A DNA stretch of 64,000 nucleotides. It comes from Convolutriloba macropyga (lineage: Eukaryota). Both the position numbers and the translations under genes were made by a program. The stretch lies in the NCBI RefSeq assembly GCF_964194025.1, contig NC_134468.1:27404001-27468000 (forward strand), read 5' to 3'. The notes under the pieces were generated by a model. It saw only the letters and a list, made by a program, of their open reading frames with translations. It did no database searches and was not told the origin of the DNA. Below are positions 50,687 through 62,340 of the stretch, in pieces (position 1 is the stretch's first letter; the number at the start of each line of letters is the position of its first letter).

Positions 50687-50971
50687 TCAAAGTCTAATAA
50701 TATTTTTCTTCAGATGCTTTGAAACAATTTTGTATTCGACTCCAATGTTTACAAAAGTAATTGTGTCATCAATCAGGGCTCTTAACAATGAGAAGTATTG
50801 AAATTTTGAATGCGGTACGTCCAAGTCTATAATGTCACTGAAGTAGAAAGATGCAACTCTAATAGTTACAGTAGTTTTTAAATCGGAAATACTTGATGAT
50901 AATATTTGTCCGGTGTATTGTCCAAATCGAATGAATAAAGCGTTAGGCTGTTTTATGAATTTGGGTTGCAT
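50687..50971 (-). CDS. Accessory ORF (94 aa), possibly a distant family A member
   Basis: Co-oriented ATG ORF. LFIRFGQ and HSKF..F..L weakly resemble 49920-50159. Confidence 0.55.
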   Translation of the reverse strand: MQPKFIKQPNALFIRFGQYTGQILSSSISDLKTTVTIRVASFYFSDIIDLDVPHSKFQYFSLLRALIDDTITFVNIGVEYKIVSKHLKKNIIRL

Positions 50972-51090
50972 GGCATAGCATCCTTGAGGTGTATCTAAAC
51001 AAGATATTAATTAACTTATAGAGTCTAATACAAATGATTTTTTTTATTTTTGAGACAAATTTTTTTTTATGAATTTTTTTATTAACAGCT

Positions 51091-53499
51091 TTAAGGAGGT
51101 GCCACCACACTTCGAATGGTTGCATCATTTTGTGGTTGTGATTGATGTGACGCCAGATTTCGGTATTCTACTTTATTATTTTCTGTATGACAATGCTCGT
51201 CAATTTTATTTTCTCTTGGTTGATCCTCAACGCATTTGTAAGTTTTTTCTATTGTGCTGTAAGGTTGATAATTACTAAGCGGTAAAAAATGATTGTTGTT
51301 CTGTGGGGCCGACGGTTCGGTTTCGTTAGAGAATACCGGTGTAAAGAACGATAAGATACAAAGATTATATGTTGCTCCTAATAGAATTTTCCAAAAACCC
51401 ATTGTTTTGTTGGATATTTTGTGGATTTCGAACGCTCTTATGATTGTTACGATTACATCAGTTAAGAATTTTATGCACAAGAAACAGGCAAAATAAACTC
51501 CAATTTTTTCCAGATAAAAAGTGATGATTCCAAAAGTGCCTTTGAACTGGTCTGTAAAAAATGTAGGTGAAAGAAGAGAATCTAGATAAATTTGTCTGTT
51601 AATTCCCATTGCTGACGCATAGATATCTTTTTGAGAATAGTCTATGCTTCTTCCTTCTAGAACTTCTCTTGAAATTTTTGTCAAAACAGATTTTGCTGCT
51701 TCCGAATGCAAGATATTGTCCCAAAACGATTTAAGTTGATTTGGTGTGTAAATTCCGGCACGTTGCGATTCGTAACCGGTAAATTTTGGAATAGAACTAA
51801 TAACTCTTGAAGAGAATATTTTTGGCGGTTGTAAAGGAACGGGTGCTGGCATCAAATGGTACCATGAGTTTTCATTATCAATATCTAATTGGTAGGCATT
51901 TTTGTAGCCTCCAACACAATCTACTTCGTTTGCAAAAGGGTAGGTTTGTCGAGTAATTGGGTCGACGAACATTGTCCTACCATCATAATGAATAGGAATC
52001 CTATCATAACACTGTTCAAGAACCTGAAGTGGTGAGTTTCGTTTTGGACATTGGTACAGCCAACCTATGCTACCATCTGTGTCTAAGAACATCGAGCGGT
52101 TGCCGGTTAACATATATCCAGCTAAACGATTGTTTTGGATAGCCTGCATTAGTATCATTTGTTTTTGAGTTCGGTCAAGTTCGCATTGTTCTATGACCAA
52201 ACCTTTCCATGCTTGTTTTATTTGCATGTAATTATGATATATGACAAAATCCATTTTTACCGCAAGGTTAAGATCATAGTCTAACTTGTCTTTGTCTAAG
52301 TGTTCCCATGCAACAAAACCGTTGTCGGATGTTCGGATCTGTTCATCTGAAGGCTTCCTATTAAACCCATTTACACTTAGGCTATTGTCAGGTTCAACAC
52401 GAAGTTTATGAAAAAATTGTTGAGTTTTTGTTTTATAAGGTTTGCCAGTCTTCATATTAAATCCGCCTTTATAAGAAACATATAAAGAATCTAAATTTGT
52501 TCTGTAAATAAATTCTGGTTTTCCACACACCTTTTCTTTTTCATCAATTACTCTAATTTTTATGTCCATTTCAGCAGGAGAATACGTTCCTGGTCCTTCA
52601 TAGGGCGTCTCCGGTTTTTCATCACTCACTATGAAATACTGTACGTTACCAAGTTCGTTTTCATGTTTTAGCATTTTTGCGTTTTGTGAAAATCTTTTAG
52701 TAACTATACAATTTTCCGGTGCCTCCCAATTGTATGCAAAGGGGTCGAGTGATGTCGAATGACAACCTCCTTCTGAGAGGGCACAAGGAAGTTTTAGTCC
52801 TTGACTGTTATAGACAGTTCTGTCATTAAGATCAATATCGAGTACAGTTTCTTGCATCAGGGTTTCAAAAGAGAAATGTTTAATTTGACCACGATTATCA
52901 CAAGGTGTTGATGATTCACCTTCAAGATCAACTCCCTGGTTTTTATAGGAGACAGTTTTTATTCCATGTTTTATGTCAATTTCCATGTCATCATCGTCAA
53001 ATTCGGTAACAGTAATTTTTCCAGTTTTATTAGCATTTAGGCATTGTTCGGGTGAAACAATAATATTGTATGTTATTATTGGAGCGTTGTGTACAATTGA
53101 TGAATGGGAAAACATACCACAATTATAACGAATGAGCATTGCAGTGACTTTGCACATAAGAGCTTTAACAAAGGTCCGATAAGACCGTTGATAAAGTGTT
53201 ACATGTTTATCAACCATCTGAATATTTTCGGGTGTAATTTTGCAAGGAGAAACTTGTGTTAAAGCATACATTTTATTTTCTTTCATTTTAGAACAGTCAT
53301 AATGAATGACCCTAAGTTTGTTAGATACGTCATTAATATCCTCAGTAGCGTTAATAACTATAGAAAGAGTACAAAAGTAGAAAAGACTTATAAGTAAATA
53401 AGAAAAATAGAGTTTTTCAAAACAAGGATATCTTTTTATCCTGTTCTTTTTTAGCGCTTCAAGTCGGGAATTAAGGCTATGAGTTGTAGTAATAGGCAC
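51091..53499 (-). CDS. env: env: class III fusion glycoprotein-like (chuvirus G / herpes gB type)
   Basis: Signal-peptide-like hydrophobic stretch, HYDC, CKV...NCGMFSHSS, LAGY.L....F....G...LYQC, CYDRIPI, FVDPITR, and C-terminal hydrophobic segments. Lies directly 3' of pol. Confidence 0.85.
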   Translation of the reverse strand: MPITTTHSLNSRLEALKKNRIKRYPCFEKLYFSYLLISLFYFCTLSIVINATEDINDVSNKLRVIHYDCSKMKENKMYALTQVSPCKITPENIQMVDKHVTLYQRSYRTFVKALMCKVTAMLIRYNCGMFSHSSIVHNAPIITYNIIVSPEQCLNANKTGKITVTEFDDDDMEIDIKHGIKTVSYKNQGVDLEGESSTPCDNRGQIKHFSFETLMQETVLDIDLNDRTVYNSQGLKLPCALSEGGCHSTSLDPFAYNWEAPENCIVTKRFSQNAKMLKHENELGNVQYFIVSDEKPETPYEGPGTYSPAEMDIKIRVIDEKEKVCGKPEFIYRTNLDSLYVSYKGGFNMKTGKPYKTKTQQFFHKLRVEPDNSLSVNGFNRKPSDEQIRTSDNGFVAWEHLDKDKLDYDLNLAVKMDFVIYHNYMQIKQAWKGLVIEQCELDRTQKQMILMQAIQNNRLAGYMLTGNRSMFLDTDGSIGWLYQCPKRNSPLQVLEQCYDRIPIHYDGRTMFVDPITRQTYPFANEVDCVGGYKNAYQLDIDNENSWYHLMPAPVPLQPPKIFSSRVISSIPKFTGYESQRAGIYTPNQLKSFWDNILHSEAAKSVLTKISREVLEGRSIDYSQKDIYASAMGINRQIYLDSLLSPTFFTDQFKGTFGIITFYLEKIGVYFACFLCIKFLTDVIVTIIRAFEIHKISNKTMGFWKILLGATYNLCILSFFTPVFSNETEPSAPQNNNHFLPLSNYQPYSTIEKTYKCVEDQPRENKIDEHCHTENNKVEYRNLASHQSQPQNDATIRSVVAPP

Positions 53500-53620
53500 T
53501 GCCAGTAAATGTTGACTGGATTTATTGCTACCTAAAACAAAGTTAAGTAAATCCGGCTTGATAGCGTGATGGCGGCTTGGCCGAGCGACTAGAAGTTCGT
53601 CTATTATTATTATTATTTTC

Positions 53621-56600
53621 TCAAGTTTGTAAATTAGAAGGTCCTTGTTCCGATGTATTAGGGCGGAGAGGACTTAAATTAGGGTCTAGAGGTATTCTAG
53701 AATTGTGCTGTGGGCAAGGAGTTGAACTTCTTGTTCGACTACCGCTAGGTAGGTGTGTTTGGACTGGAGGTGGGTTATCACGACCACCTGAACTTGCTTC
53801 GTTGAATCCAGAATCGAAATTGGTAGGTGTTCGGTCAGGGTCGAAGTTCTGCAAAGGGGAGTCTCTTCGTATGAAATTATCCACGGGGAAATATTCGGTG
53901 TTAGTGGGGCTTTGGAAGGAGAATTTAGTCAAAGGACTATTGAGTTTATTCATCTGACTTGTCATTAGATTATTATAAAATGTGTAACAATTATTTTTAT
54001 CTATACCATACTCTAGGGTTAGCTCTGGTATAGTTTCAGTAGCTGGATAGTACTCGACTAGGTGATTTCTATGAGCGACCTTCCTGGTGGCCGGGTTGCT
54101 ATCTAAAGTTAATTCATAGTTAACATTGGTTAGTTTTTTTTCGACAGTAAAAGCTCCTGATGTTAGTTCATGTAGTTTTTTTGACTTTCCTAACTCAATT
54201 TGATGGTTTTCCATTAGAACTTTTTGTCCAACCTCAAGTGGCTTGCCTAATTTGTGTTTGTTTCTATGTTTATGTGCGCGGTTATTGTTTTCTAAGCTCT
54301 TTTTATAAGCGTTATTGTATATTTGTTTGAATTGGTTTTCTCGCATAAGCAACGAATTGTTAATAGTCGGTTTTAGAAGTTTGTCAATTTCGGTGTTTTT
54401 TGAAGTTTGCAAGGTATGCCTGTGAAGAGGCAGGTCTTTGCAAAACTCGGAAGCGCATGTGAGTTGTGAATTTCGTAGGAGTCCTAACTTAAGTGACAGA
54501 GGTATCTGTGGTTTTTTTCCGAACACAATTTCGTAAGGTGAGATTCCAGTACTAGCATTTGGAACCGTGTTATGAGAAAAAGCAAATTTTGGTGCCAGTT
54601 CGTCCCATTTACCTCGAGCTTGTTCTAGAAAAATTCGGAAATGTGCTCCTAGATGTTTGTTTTGGATCTCGACTTTACCATTAGTCCAAGGCGCATAAGC
54701 AGTTCGAGGTGCGGGTGTTATACCTAATTCATGAATGTAACTCGCAAAATCTTGGTTCATGAATGCCGGACCCTTATCATAAACAAGTTTTTGTGGTATT
54801 CCAAAAGACAAGATGAACTTTTCTAAAGCTTTTATGGTGTCTACTGCGTCTGTGGAACGTACAGTGTATACTTGAATCAAACGTGAAAATGAATCGACAA
54901 TAACTAAACAATGGTGTTTACCGTTCGATGGTGGATTTAAAGGTCCTTTGTGATCAATATGGACCGTATGAAAGGGGAATGGGACTGTATCAGTCCACTT
55001 TTCGAGAGGTGCTTCGTGGATGTCTCTCCGTTTTTGTTTATTTTTTTGGCATTCAAGGCAATCAGCAATTAGGTTTTCAATCCATTTATACATTCCGGGC
55101 CAATAAAAAAATCGTTTTACATTAGCAAGTGTTTTATCTGAACCTACATGACCTGACAGTTCACAATGAGCTAGCTGAAAAACTTTAAAGAACAATGACA
55201 GTAGAACACAAATTTTTAAGTATTCAATATCTGGTTCGTCTGTTTGTTGTTGAATACATAAGATGTTGCCTACGAAACTCAGTTTTTCAAAGTTATTAAT
55301 GTATGACACTATGGCTTTAGATTGTCGGAATTCAATTTTCTTTTCATCTTTGTTATTGTTCATTCTTAATTGACGAATTTGTTGTATTACTGGATCTTTT
55401 AATTGTTCTTGACAAATTACTGATGTATTTAAATCAACTTCTTTAGAGAAGGTTGTCAGTTTATCAATGAGTTCTCTTGCATCTTTTATTTTTGGATTTT
55501 CGGGAAGTTTTTTTGCTAATTCGGTTTTATCTATACAAAAGCTATTTTTCACGAAAAAAACTTTATCGTATTCTAGAGGGAATCTGTACTCCGAGTCTGT
55601 GGTATTAGTTTGATCAATGTAGAGTTTGTCAAAATCAAATTCCGGTGACTGGTTCTCATTGAACAATTCAAATTCCGAAATTGGGTCAAAATTTTGTTCG
55701 GTTATCCCTTCATCAGGGTAGGAATCAATTTCTGTATAATGATCAGACGTTTCGTCTTCCTCCTGTTCTGATACAGGGGTTATTTCATGTTTGCGGTGAC
55801 GCCTATAGTGGTTAATTGATGAACCATACGAGAAATCTTCCGAAATATTGTTTATTGAGCAAAGTCTGTTTTGATTATTGTCGTACTTTTGCTTTACCAT
55901 TTTGTCATTTTTGAAAATGAATTTGTCGATACCGGTTATGCTTTGTTTTAGGATTGGAAAAAAATCATCTGCTGGTCCTTTTTCATTATCACGCAAAATG
56001 AAGTTTTTTTCCTCGTTACCATGCTCGTCGTAAAAACTAATGTCTTTTGGTATCTTTTTGTGTTTAAGTTGATACTTGTCCAGATCTTTAAGTTTTACAT
56101 TGCGACTTAGGATGTCGGGAAAAGCTAAGTTTTTTCCTTCAGTCCAAATAATTTTCAAGTTCTGAAATTGAGATATTACTAACTGGTATCTAAAAAACCT
56201 GTGAGAGAGTTTTCCTCTTCTACCCCATAGATACATTAAAGGCTTATGGTCTGTGTACACATATACGGGATGGGGAGAACCAATTAGGTAATGCTCATAA
56301 GTTTGTAATGCCGATATTACACCGCAAAGTTCGCGTGCTGTGGTACTCATTTTTTGTTCCTCTTTAGTGTAAATTCTAGAATTAAAAGACACTATTCGTT
56401 TCCCTTCTGGAAATTCTTGAACGAGAATTGAGCCTACTCCTATAGAAGAAGCGTCTACATGCACGTGGAAAGGGTATTTAGTATCAGGTATTGCTAAGAT
56501 AGTATCTTCGCTAATCCTGTTTTTAATGTCGTTAAACAGTTTTTCGTGTTCTGTTGTCCAGACAAATTTAGTTTCTGTGCGGGTTAGGTCATAAAATGGT

Positions 56601-58634
56601 TTGCAGTCAACATGCAAATTTTTGATGTACATGCTGTAGAATCCTAAGCAACCTAGAACTCTCATGACATCACGTTTGTTTTCAGGCGACTTAAGTGCTT
56701 TTAAATCTGCTACTTGCTTCTTGACTGGTTGTATCCCATCTTTACCTACTACATGTCCCAAGAACTGTACTTTCCTAAGGAAAAATTTAGTCTTTTCAGG
56801 TTGAGCTTTCAATCCTGATTTCCTTAAAACTTCATGGTACTTGTCAATTATTTCAAACATTTCGGTTTCATCTTGCGCTTGCATGATGGTGTCATCAATG
56901 TAGGTTATAGCTTGTTTTTTTTCTAATTAATGGTGCAAAATGGATAGTCATTATACGACTGAAGAAGTTAGGTAGACCGCATAGGCCGTAAAATCCGCGT
57001 TCAAATGTGTATTGCTTTGGACCAATTACAAAACTTACCAGCTGTTTGGTTTCCTCAGTTAGAGGAACTTGGTTATAGGCTGAACAAAGATCACTGGTTG
57101 TGAAGAAATTACCTTTTAATCTAGTTAATAGACTTCCGATTGGTTCGAGTGGCCATGAATATCGACTAAGGTCTGTTATTGAATTCAGATATCGGGCATC
57201 TATAACCAGTTTTACTGTGTTCCCCTTGGGTAGGACTATGATTGGATTAATAAATTCTGATCCCATTTCTTTATCATTACCCATTTCCCGGATTATACCT
57301 GTTTTACACAGTTGTTCCAAAAGGTTTTCTAGTTTTTCCTGATAATGTAATGGTACTTTGGATGGTCTCTGTTTGGTTAAAGTTGAATTTGTTAAAAGTT
57401 TGACATGAAATTTTTGCTTTATCTTTCCAACATCGTATTTGTGTTGAGAGTAAACGTCTTTATTTTTAGTTAATGTCCTCAGTAACTTGTCTAAGTTTTC
57501 GTCATTGATTTCAGCTTGACTGAAATCAAATTTTTTGAGAAACGCTTGATCGGTTTTGTCAAATCTGTTAAGTTTTTCTTTGGGAAGTTCAACGGGTCTG
57601 ATGTTCTCATCAGTTGTTTCTAATTGTGGCTTAAGATCCTTGAGGTCGTCGCTAAAGTCTGTTTCTAATTCGTTGTTGTTAGTAAAATCTTGTTGCCTTT
57701 TTCGCTTTTCTGTTTTCTTTTGCTTTTCAGGAGTTTTGCTTGCAAAGAAGTTTTGAATTTTTGAAATATTTGGACCTTGTTTTTCACTAACATGGAATAT
57801 TTGATCCCAATTAGTGTCACTATTCATTAGGTGGTTTATGAATGCAACGTTGTCAACTACAGAAAATTCTGGGTCTTGTCTAATTTCAATGTCTTCTAAA
57901 GTGTGCCCAATAGGACCCTTTTGGATGACAACCTTGTTGTTTTGAGGATTGTTTAGCATTTTTGGTAATTCCTTTTCTTTTCTAAAACACTGAACATTGT
58001 AAGTATAAATTCCTTGAGCTTGCAGTTCACTTCCAATTACGAAGGATGTTCCCTTTCTGAAGAATTCATTCGGAGGTCTAATTGATATTACTCGAGTTGA
58101 TTTTGGTGCTAATGGTAGTTGCTGGTCAAGAGTTACAATTTTGTAAGAGCTAATGTATGGATAGCTTTTCGTTTGGTATCTAGATAATGTGACGGCTACT
58201 TCAGGGTAAGTTTTTAAATCAATTTTTGGAGTGGTTAGGTCAATAGATTTTACTGTAGATTCAAGGAAATCCATTCCCAACAAATTCGGCTTGCAACCAT
58301 CTTTGGCTGAAACCCATGTGGTAACTTCCACTTGATACTTTCCTTCAATGTCGAAAGAAGTTTTGAAGGTAATTTGACCTAGAAGTTTTAGTTTCTCACC
58401 ATTAACCGCTAAAGTATGATTTTTTGAAGCTTTCATCTCAATGTGTTGTAATTTACATAGTTCAAGATAAGTGTGGTAATTAATTATAGAGCTTGATGCT
58501 CCTGTGTCCAATAAAAACTGTGTTTCTAAGCCGTTATTTTTATTTTTGTCTCCGACGGATTGGTATAAATTAATGTAAATATGTGAGTAACTTGTTTTGT
58601 TATCAGTAGTGTTTATGAACGGAGACCTGTCTAG
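53621..58634 (-). CDS. pol: pol: aspartic protease, RT, RNase H, integrase; +1 A in a homopolymer near 56915 splits the ORF
   Basis: Protease DTGAS. RT DLCSAYNQV, FYGLCGLP and YIDD (restored by removing one A). RNase H DAS..G, TDHKPL, PDILSR. Integrase HHCC, D(HIDHKG)-D(VYDKG)-E(KVEIQN) and a GPY/F-like GAFTV. Confidence 0.96.
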
Positions 58635-59965
58635 TTTAAATATTCGTCGTTGTGGTTCTCATTATTGTAATAGTCTCTAGAAGTTTCACTGGTAAAGTGA
58701 ACTCGAGGGCTTCGGCCTTCACTGTTATCTCTTGAATGAGTATTATGGTTTTGTCTAGTAGGTGTCCTATCTCGGTCATGGTCTCTACTCCTATCACGAT
58801 ATCGATTATCTGATCTTGGAGGACCGTTGCTTTGCCTATCCCTACTATTTTGCCTATTGTTATCTCTGTAAGAGTTGTTTCGATGGTTATTTTGTCGTTC
58901 CTGTGATTGGTTATCGTAGGAAGATGATCGATAATTATTTGAAGAGTTTGATGGGTACGGTGATCGATGTCGGTAGTCTGATCTAGAGTTGTTTTGATAA
59001 TTGGATTGATTTTGGTTATAACTATTTCTCTGTCTGTCCCTAGAATTTCGATTGTCATAATTGTTTGATTTGTAATTTTGTTGACCTGGTGAATGGCTCC
59101 TACTACGTTTATAATTATCTGTGAACTTTTCTCGTTGTTGAGGTGGGTTTCGGTTTTCGTTTTTAAAGTCCTTGTACTTAAAGCAGAAAGCTATTGTGTG
59201 ACCTGAACGTTTGCAAAACTTGCAGAATCTAGTCTGGTTTTGTTTGAATCTGGGATTGTCGTTGTTGTATGTGGCGTTTATTTTATGATCTTTCATTAGA
59301 TTTGCAATTTCTGTGAGTTGGTTTTTTAACCCTTCTATTTCTATTTTATTGTCGATACTACTTGAGGCAGTACCCGTGAATTCACTGCTAACAGAAAAAC
59401 TTAAGTCTTTAGTTGCTACATGATCCTGTAATTGTTGCCAAGTTGTAGCTGGGTTTTCTATTAACCGCTGATGTGCCTTTTGCTTGAGTGTAGGTGGCGT
59501 TAATCCTCTTACAAAGTACTCCATACACTTAGCGTTACGCTGGTCGTTGTTAAAATCTGGATCTGGCCATCCTTTTTCAACTGCTTTTGTTACTCGGTGT
59601 GTATAGCTTTTTATCAACTCATCTGGTTGCCTTTTAATACTCTCGACTTCAATTCTTTTCCTATACTTGTCTTTTGCATCAGTAAAACGGGTAATGAACT
59701 GATTTCTAACTTCGTTCTATGCTAAACCTGGTGCTAAGGTTTCAAACCATTGGGCTGCGGGCCCACGCAAAACCGAACCAAACAACGCTTTTTGTCTAGC
59801 GTCGTATGCTGCTTGCAAATCAGCATCCGCAGGATCTCTTGTTCCTAGTGAGAATTGGATTTTTCTTTGTATTAAACTAAAGAATTCCTGGGCATCTGCA
59901 GATGGATCCAAACCTGTAAATTTCTCTAACGCTATGTCGGGGTACGCAACAACGTTCGCTGCCAT
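58631..59965 (-). CDS. gag: gag, with one in-frame TAG at 59717-59719
   Basis: LRGPAAQWF capsid-like motif. Frame continues through the stop (LA*NEVRNQF, probably a former TGG). CCHC knuckle CKFCKRSGHTIAFC. Arg/Asn/Ser-rich C-terminus. Confidence 0.9.
58634..58640 (-). promoter_or_regulatory. -1 ribosomal frameshift slippery site U UUA AAC
   Basis: Last gag codons TAT TTA AAC TAG. The -1 frame is open into FLLDTGAS. Confidence 0.8.
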
Positions 59966-60074
59966 GTTTTATTTTAGCGTACGAAAAGAATATTTTATAC
60001 GAAAGTATTATTAGTTTGGGTAATTAGTGTAGAAAATATTTTTGTTATAACAATTATGTAATAAAACGCTAATA

Positions 60075-60455
60075 CTAAGGTAGAAAGTTGAACTGTTTGT
60101 TTTGTGTTATGAATTTTATTTGTTTAGGACCGTTTAATGATTGTATTTTAAATTCAAAGTTTTTGCCGTTATCAGTACTAAAAATTTCAACCCAAGAGTA
60201 AATATCGGTTTGCTCAACGGTAAAATTTAATAACCAAGGATAAGTGCTTTCAGAGTGTTTAAATTCAACAGAGTATTGGTGAAATCTGTTTATTTTTGAA
60301 AATCTAATTTGTGAGACAAATTCTGTTTTTATAAGTAATTTAACTCTATCTGGTAAACTCGGATCGTCAGGAGAAACGTTGATGTATTTGGGTTTAATGA
60401 TTTTTAAGATTTGTAAACCAAACGGGGGAATTTTATTTTGGTGGCTCATCCACAC
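60075..60455 (-). CDS. Accessory ORF upstream of gag (~124-126 aa, unknown)
   Basis: Co-oriented ORF 15 nt after the previous one, with normal amino-acid composition. Confidence 0.6.
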   Translation of the reverse strand: MWMSHQNKIPPFGLQILKIIKPKYINVSPDDPSLPDRVKLLIKTEFVSQIRFSKINRFHQYSVEFKHSESTYPWLLNFTVEQTDIYSWVEIFSTDNGKNFEFKIQSLNGPKQIKFITQNKQFNFLP

Positions 60456-60470
60456 ACAAGATGATAACGT

Positions 60471-60725
60471 TTATGCTAATTCTATCACACTGTTCTGATT
60501 TCTTAGAGCACACAAAAGTTCCTTAAAGTTTGGGTTGGTCCACTTGTAAGTTATGTAGATTTCAGTTTCTGTTTCGCTAGAAGAGTGATGGTAAATGCAT
60601 AAAAAGTTTCTGTTCTGGTCAGTTAAATAATATGAAACTTTGCCTATTTTGTTATGTACTTTAATACTTATATTTAGATCTTGAACGTTTACTTTAATAT
60701 ATGACATATAAATAATATAGGACAA
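60471..60725 (-). CDS. Accessory ORF, family A (~78-84 aa)
   Basis: ITYKWTNPNFKELLCALRNQNSVIEL, paralogous to 60967-61224. Confidence 0.75.
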   Translation of the reverse strand: MSYIIYMSYIKVNVQDLNISIKVHNKIGKVSYYLTDQNRNFLCIYHHSSSETETEIYITYKWTNPNFKELLCALRNQNSVIELA

Positions 60726-60966
60726 TTGTTTTTGTTGTTTTATTAATGTATTTTTGTATGAAATTATACAGAAGACAGTATAAAAACGTTTAGTACGGGA
60801 TGTTTAGTACATCAGTAGTAGTATTTTTGTAGCTATTATTGTGTTTAAATATTGTTTCTAAAGTGCTTGAGTCTGTTAATGACCGTATTTTAACATGAGA
60901 CAACAACTTTTCTATGATAAATTTGTGTACAAATTGGGTTAAAAAGGCTAGTTTACGCTCTTTTAA

Positions 60967-61224
60967 TTAATTATTGGCTAAATTTTCTGCGGGAATCTCG
61001 ATCACACTGTTTTTAGTTTTCAACAAAGTTAGTAAATTCTGAAAATTTGGGTTCTCAGATGCATAAGTTATACAAAAATCAGCGGGAGAATTATGTTCAA
61101 ACACGTAGAAAATAGCTAAGAAAGTAAATCCGTCAGTAATAAACCGTGTTATTTTACCCCTTCTAGTGTTTTCTATTGCTGTTAGATTAAGATGTTCTAC
61201 AATAACTATTCCAGTTTGGTCCAT
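60967..61224 (-). CDS. Accessory ORF, family A (85 aa, unknown function)
   Basis: Paralogous to 60471-60725: ITY...NPNF..LL..L...NSVIE. Confidence 0.75.
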   Translation of the reverse strand: MDQTGIVIVEHLNLTAIENTRRGKITRFITDGFTFLAIFYVFEHNSPADFCITYASENPNFQNLLTLLKTKNSVIEIPAENLANN

Positions 61225-61739
61225 GCACTGTTTAAAACCTCTATTGGTGAAATTGTACTTGTGAAACCGGTTAAAATTGGGGAATTCTTATCAATTTATG
61301 TTATTTTCAGGCTAATAATCTATGTTGGGGGGATAAAATTTAGTTTAAAATCCGTTATTCTTTGTTAAATTTGAGCCTTATTGAGATTTATGTGGTCAAA
61401 ACTTGGTTAATATTTACTAATTTTGTGTAAAAATGACGTTAATATGAATATTTTCTTGAGTAATATTGGTTAAAATTGGATAAGAATGATGTTTTTAAGG
61501 CTTAAATGTGATTAGTATCCGTTAAATTATGATAAAAGTGACGTTAATTTTGTTAACATCTGGTTAGTTTTTGAGGATTTAAGTCAAAATAATGTTTATT
61601 TGGTTAAAATTTGATTAATATTACCCCACCCGGGTCAAGGAATTGATAAAACAGAGTGAATATTCAACTAAGGAAGGCTTAAATTTAACCAAAATTGGGT
61701 TAGCTAGTGTGAAATTGCAACAACGTGTGCTTAAATGTG

Positions 61740-62340
61740 TAGAAAATTAGATATAAATTACACTAAACACGTATTGGGGGATGAATTCTGGTTAAATTTA
61801 CGTTAAATTGTTTGAAAATGCTATATTTTGGTCAAAAATTCAGTAAAAATTAGACATATGTTACTCTAAATATGATTTGGGGGATGATTTCTGGTTAAAA
61901 ATCGGCTATTTAGTGTGAAAATGCTAAAATTCTGCTGTGAATTTGGGGAAAATCGGCTAAAGTTTAGTTTAATTAGGTGTTGGGGCGGTGAAATTTGGAT
62001 AATTTTTTTTGTTATTTGGAGTGTATATGCTACAATTTAACCATAAATTTGGTCAAAATCGGGTTAGAAATAGATTAAACAGGTTATGGGGGATGAATTT
62101 TGTATAACTTTCAATTATTTAGAGTGAAAATACTAAAATTCAACCATAAATTTGGTGAAAATTGGGTTAAAATCAAATTAAATATGTTTTGGGGGGATAG
62201 AATCTGGTTGAATTTCGGTTATTTAAGGTGTAAATACTAAAATTTAACCATAAATTTGATGAAAATTGGGTGAAGATTAGGCTAAATAGGTTTTGGGGGG
62301 ATGATTTTTGGTTAAATTTTGACTATAAAATGTAAAAGTA
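61740..62340. repeat. ~103-bp degenerate tandem repeat in the element 5' leader
   Basis: ggggga(t)ga-type motif at ~61776, 61879, 61982, 62088, 62191 and 62295. Confidence 0.8.

Noticed and set aside
53577-59058. Antisense or alternate-frame ORFs over gag/pol (53577-53957, 57100-57342, 58636-59058 and others)
   Set aside because: Shadows of the real coding frames.
61740-62340. Regularly spaced repeats suggesting a CRISPR array (also 37725-38090)
   Set aside because: Whole units are degenerate copies with no unique spacers, there are no cas genes, and the context is eukaryotic.
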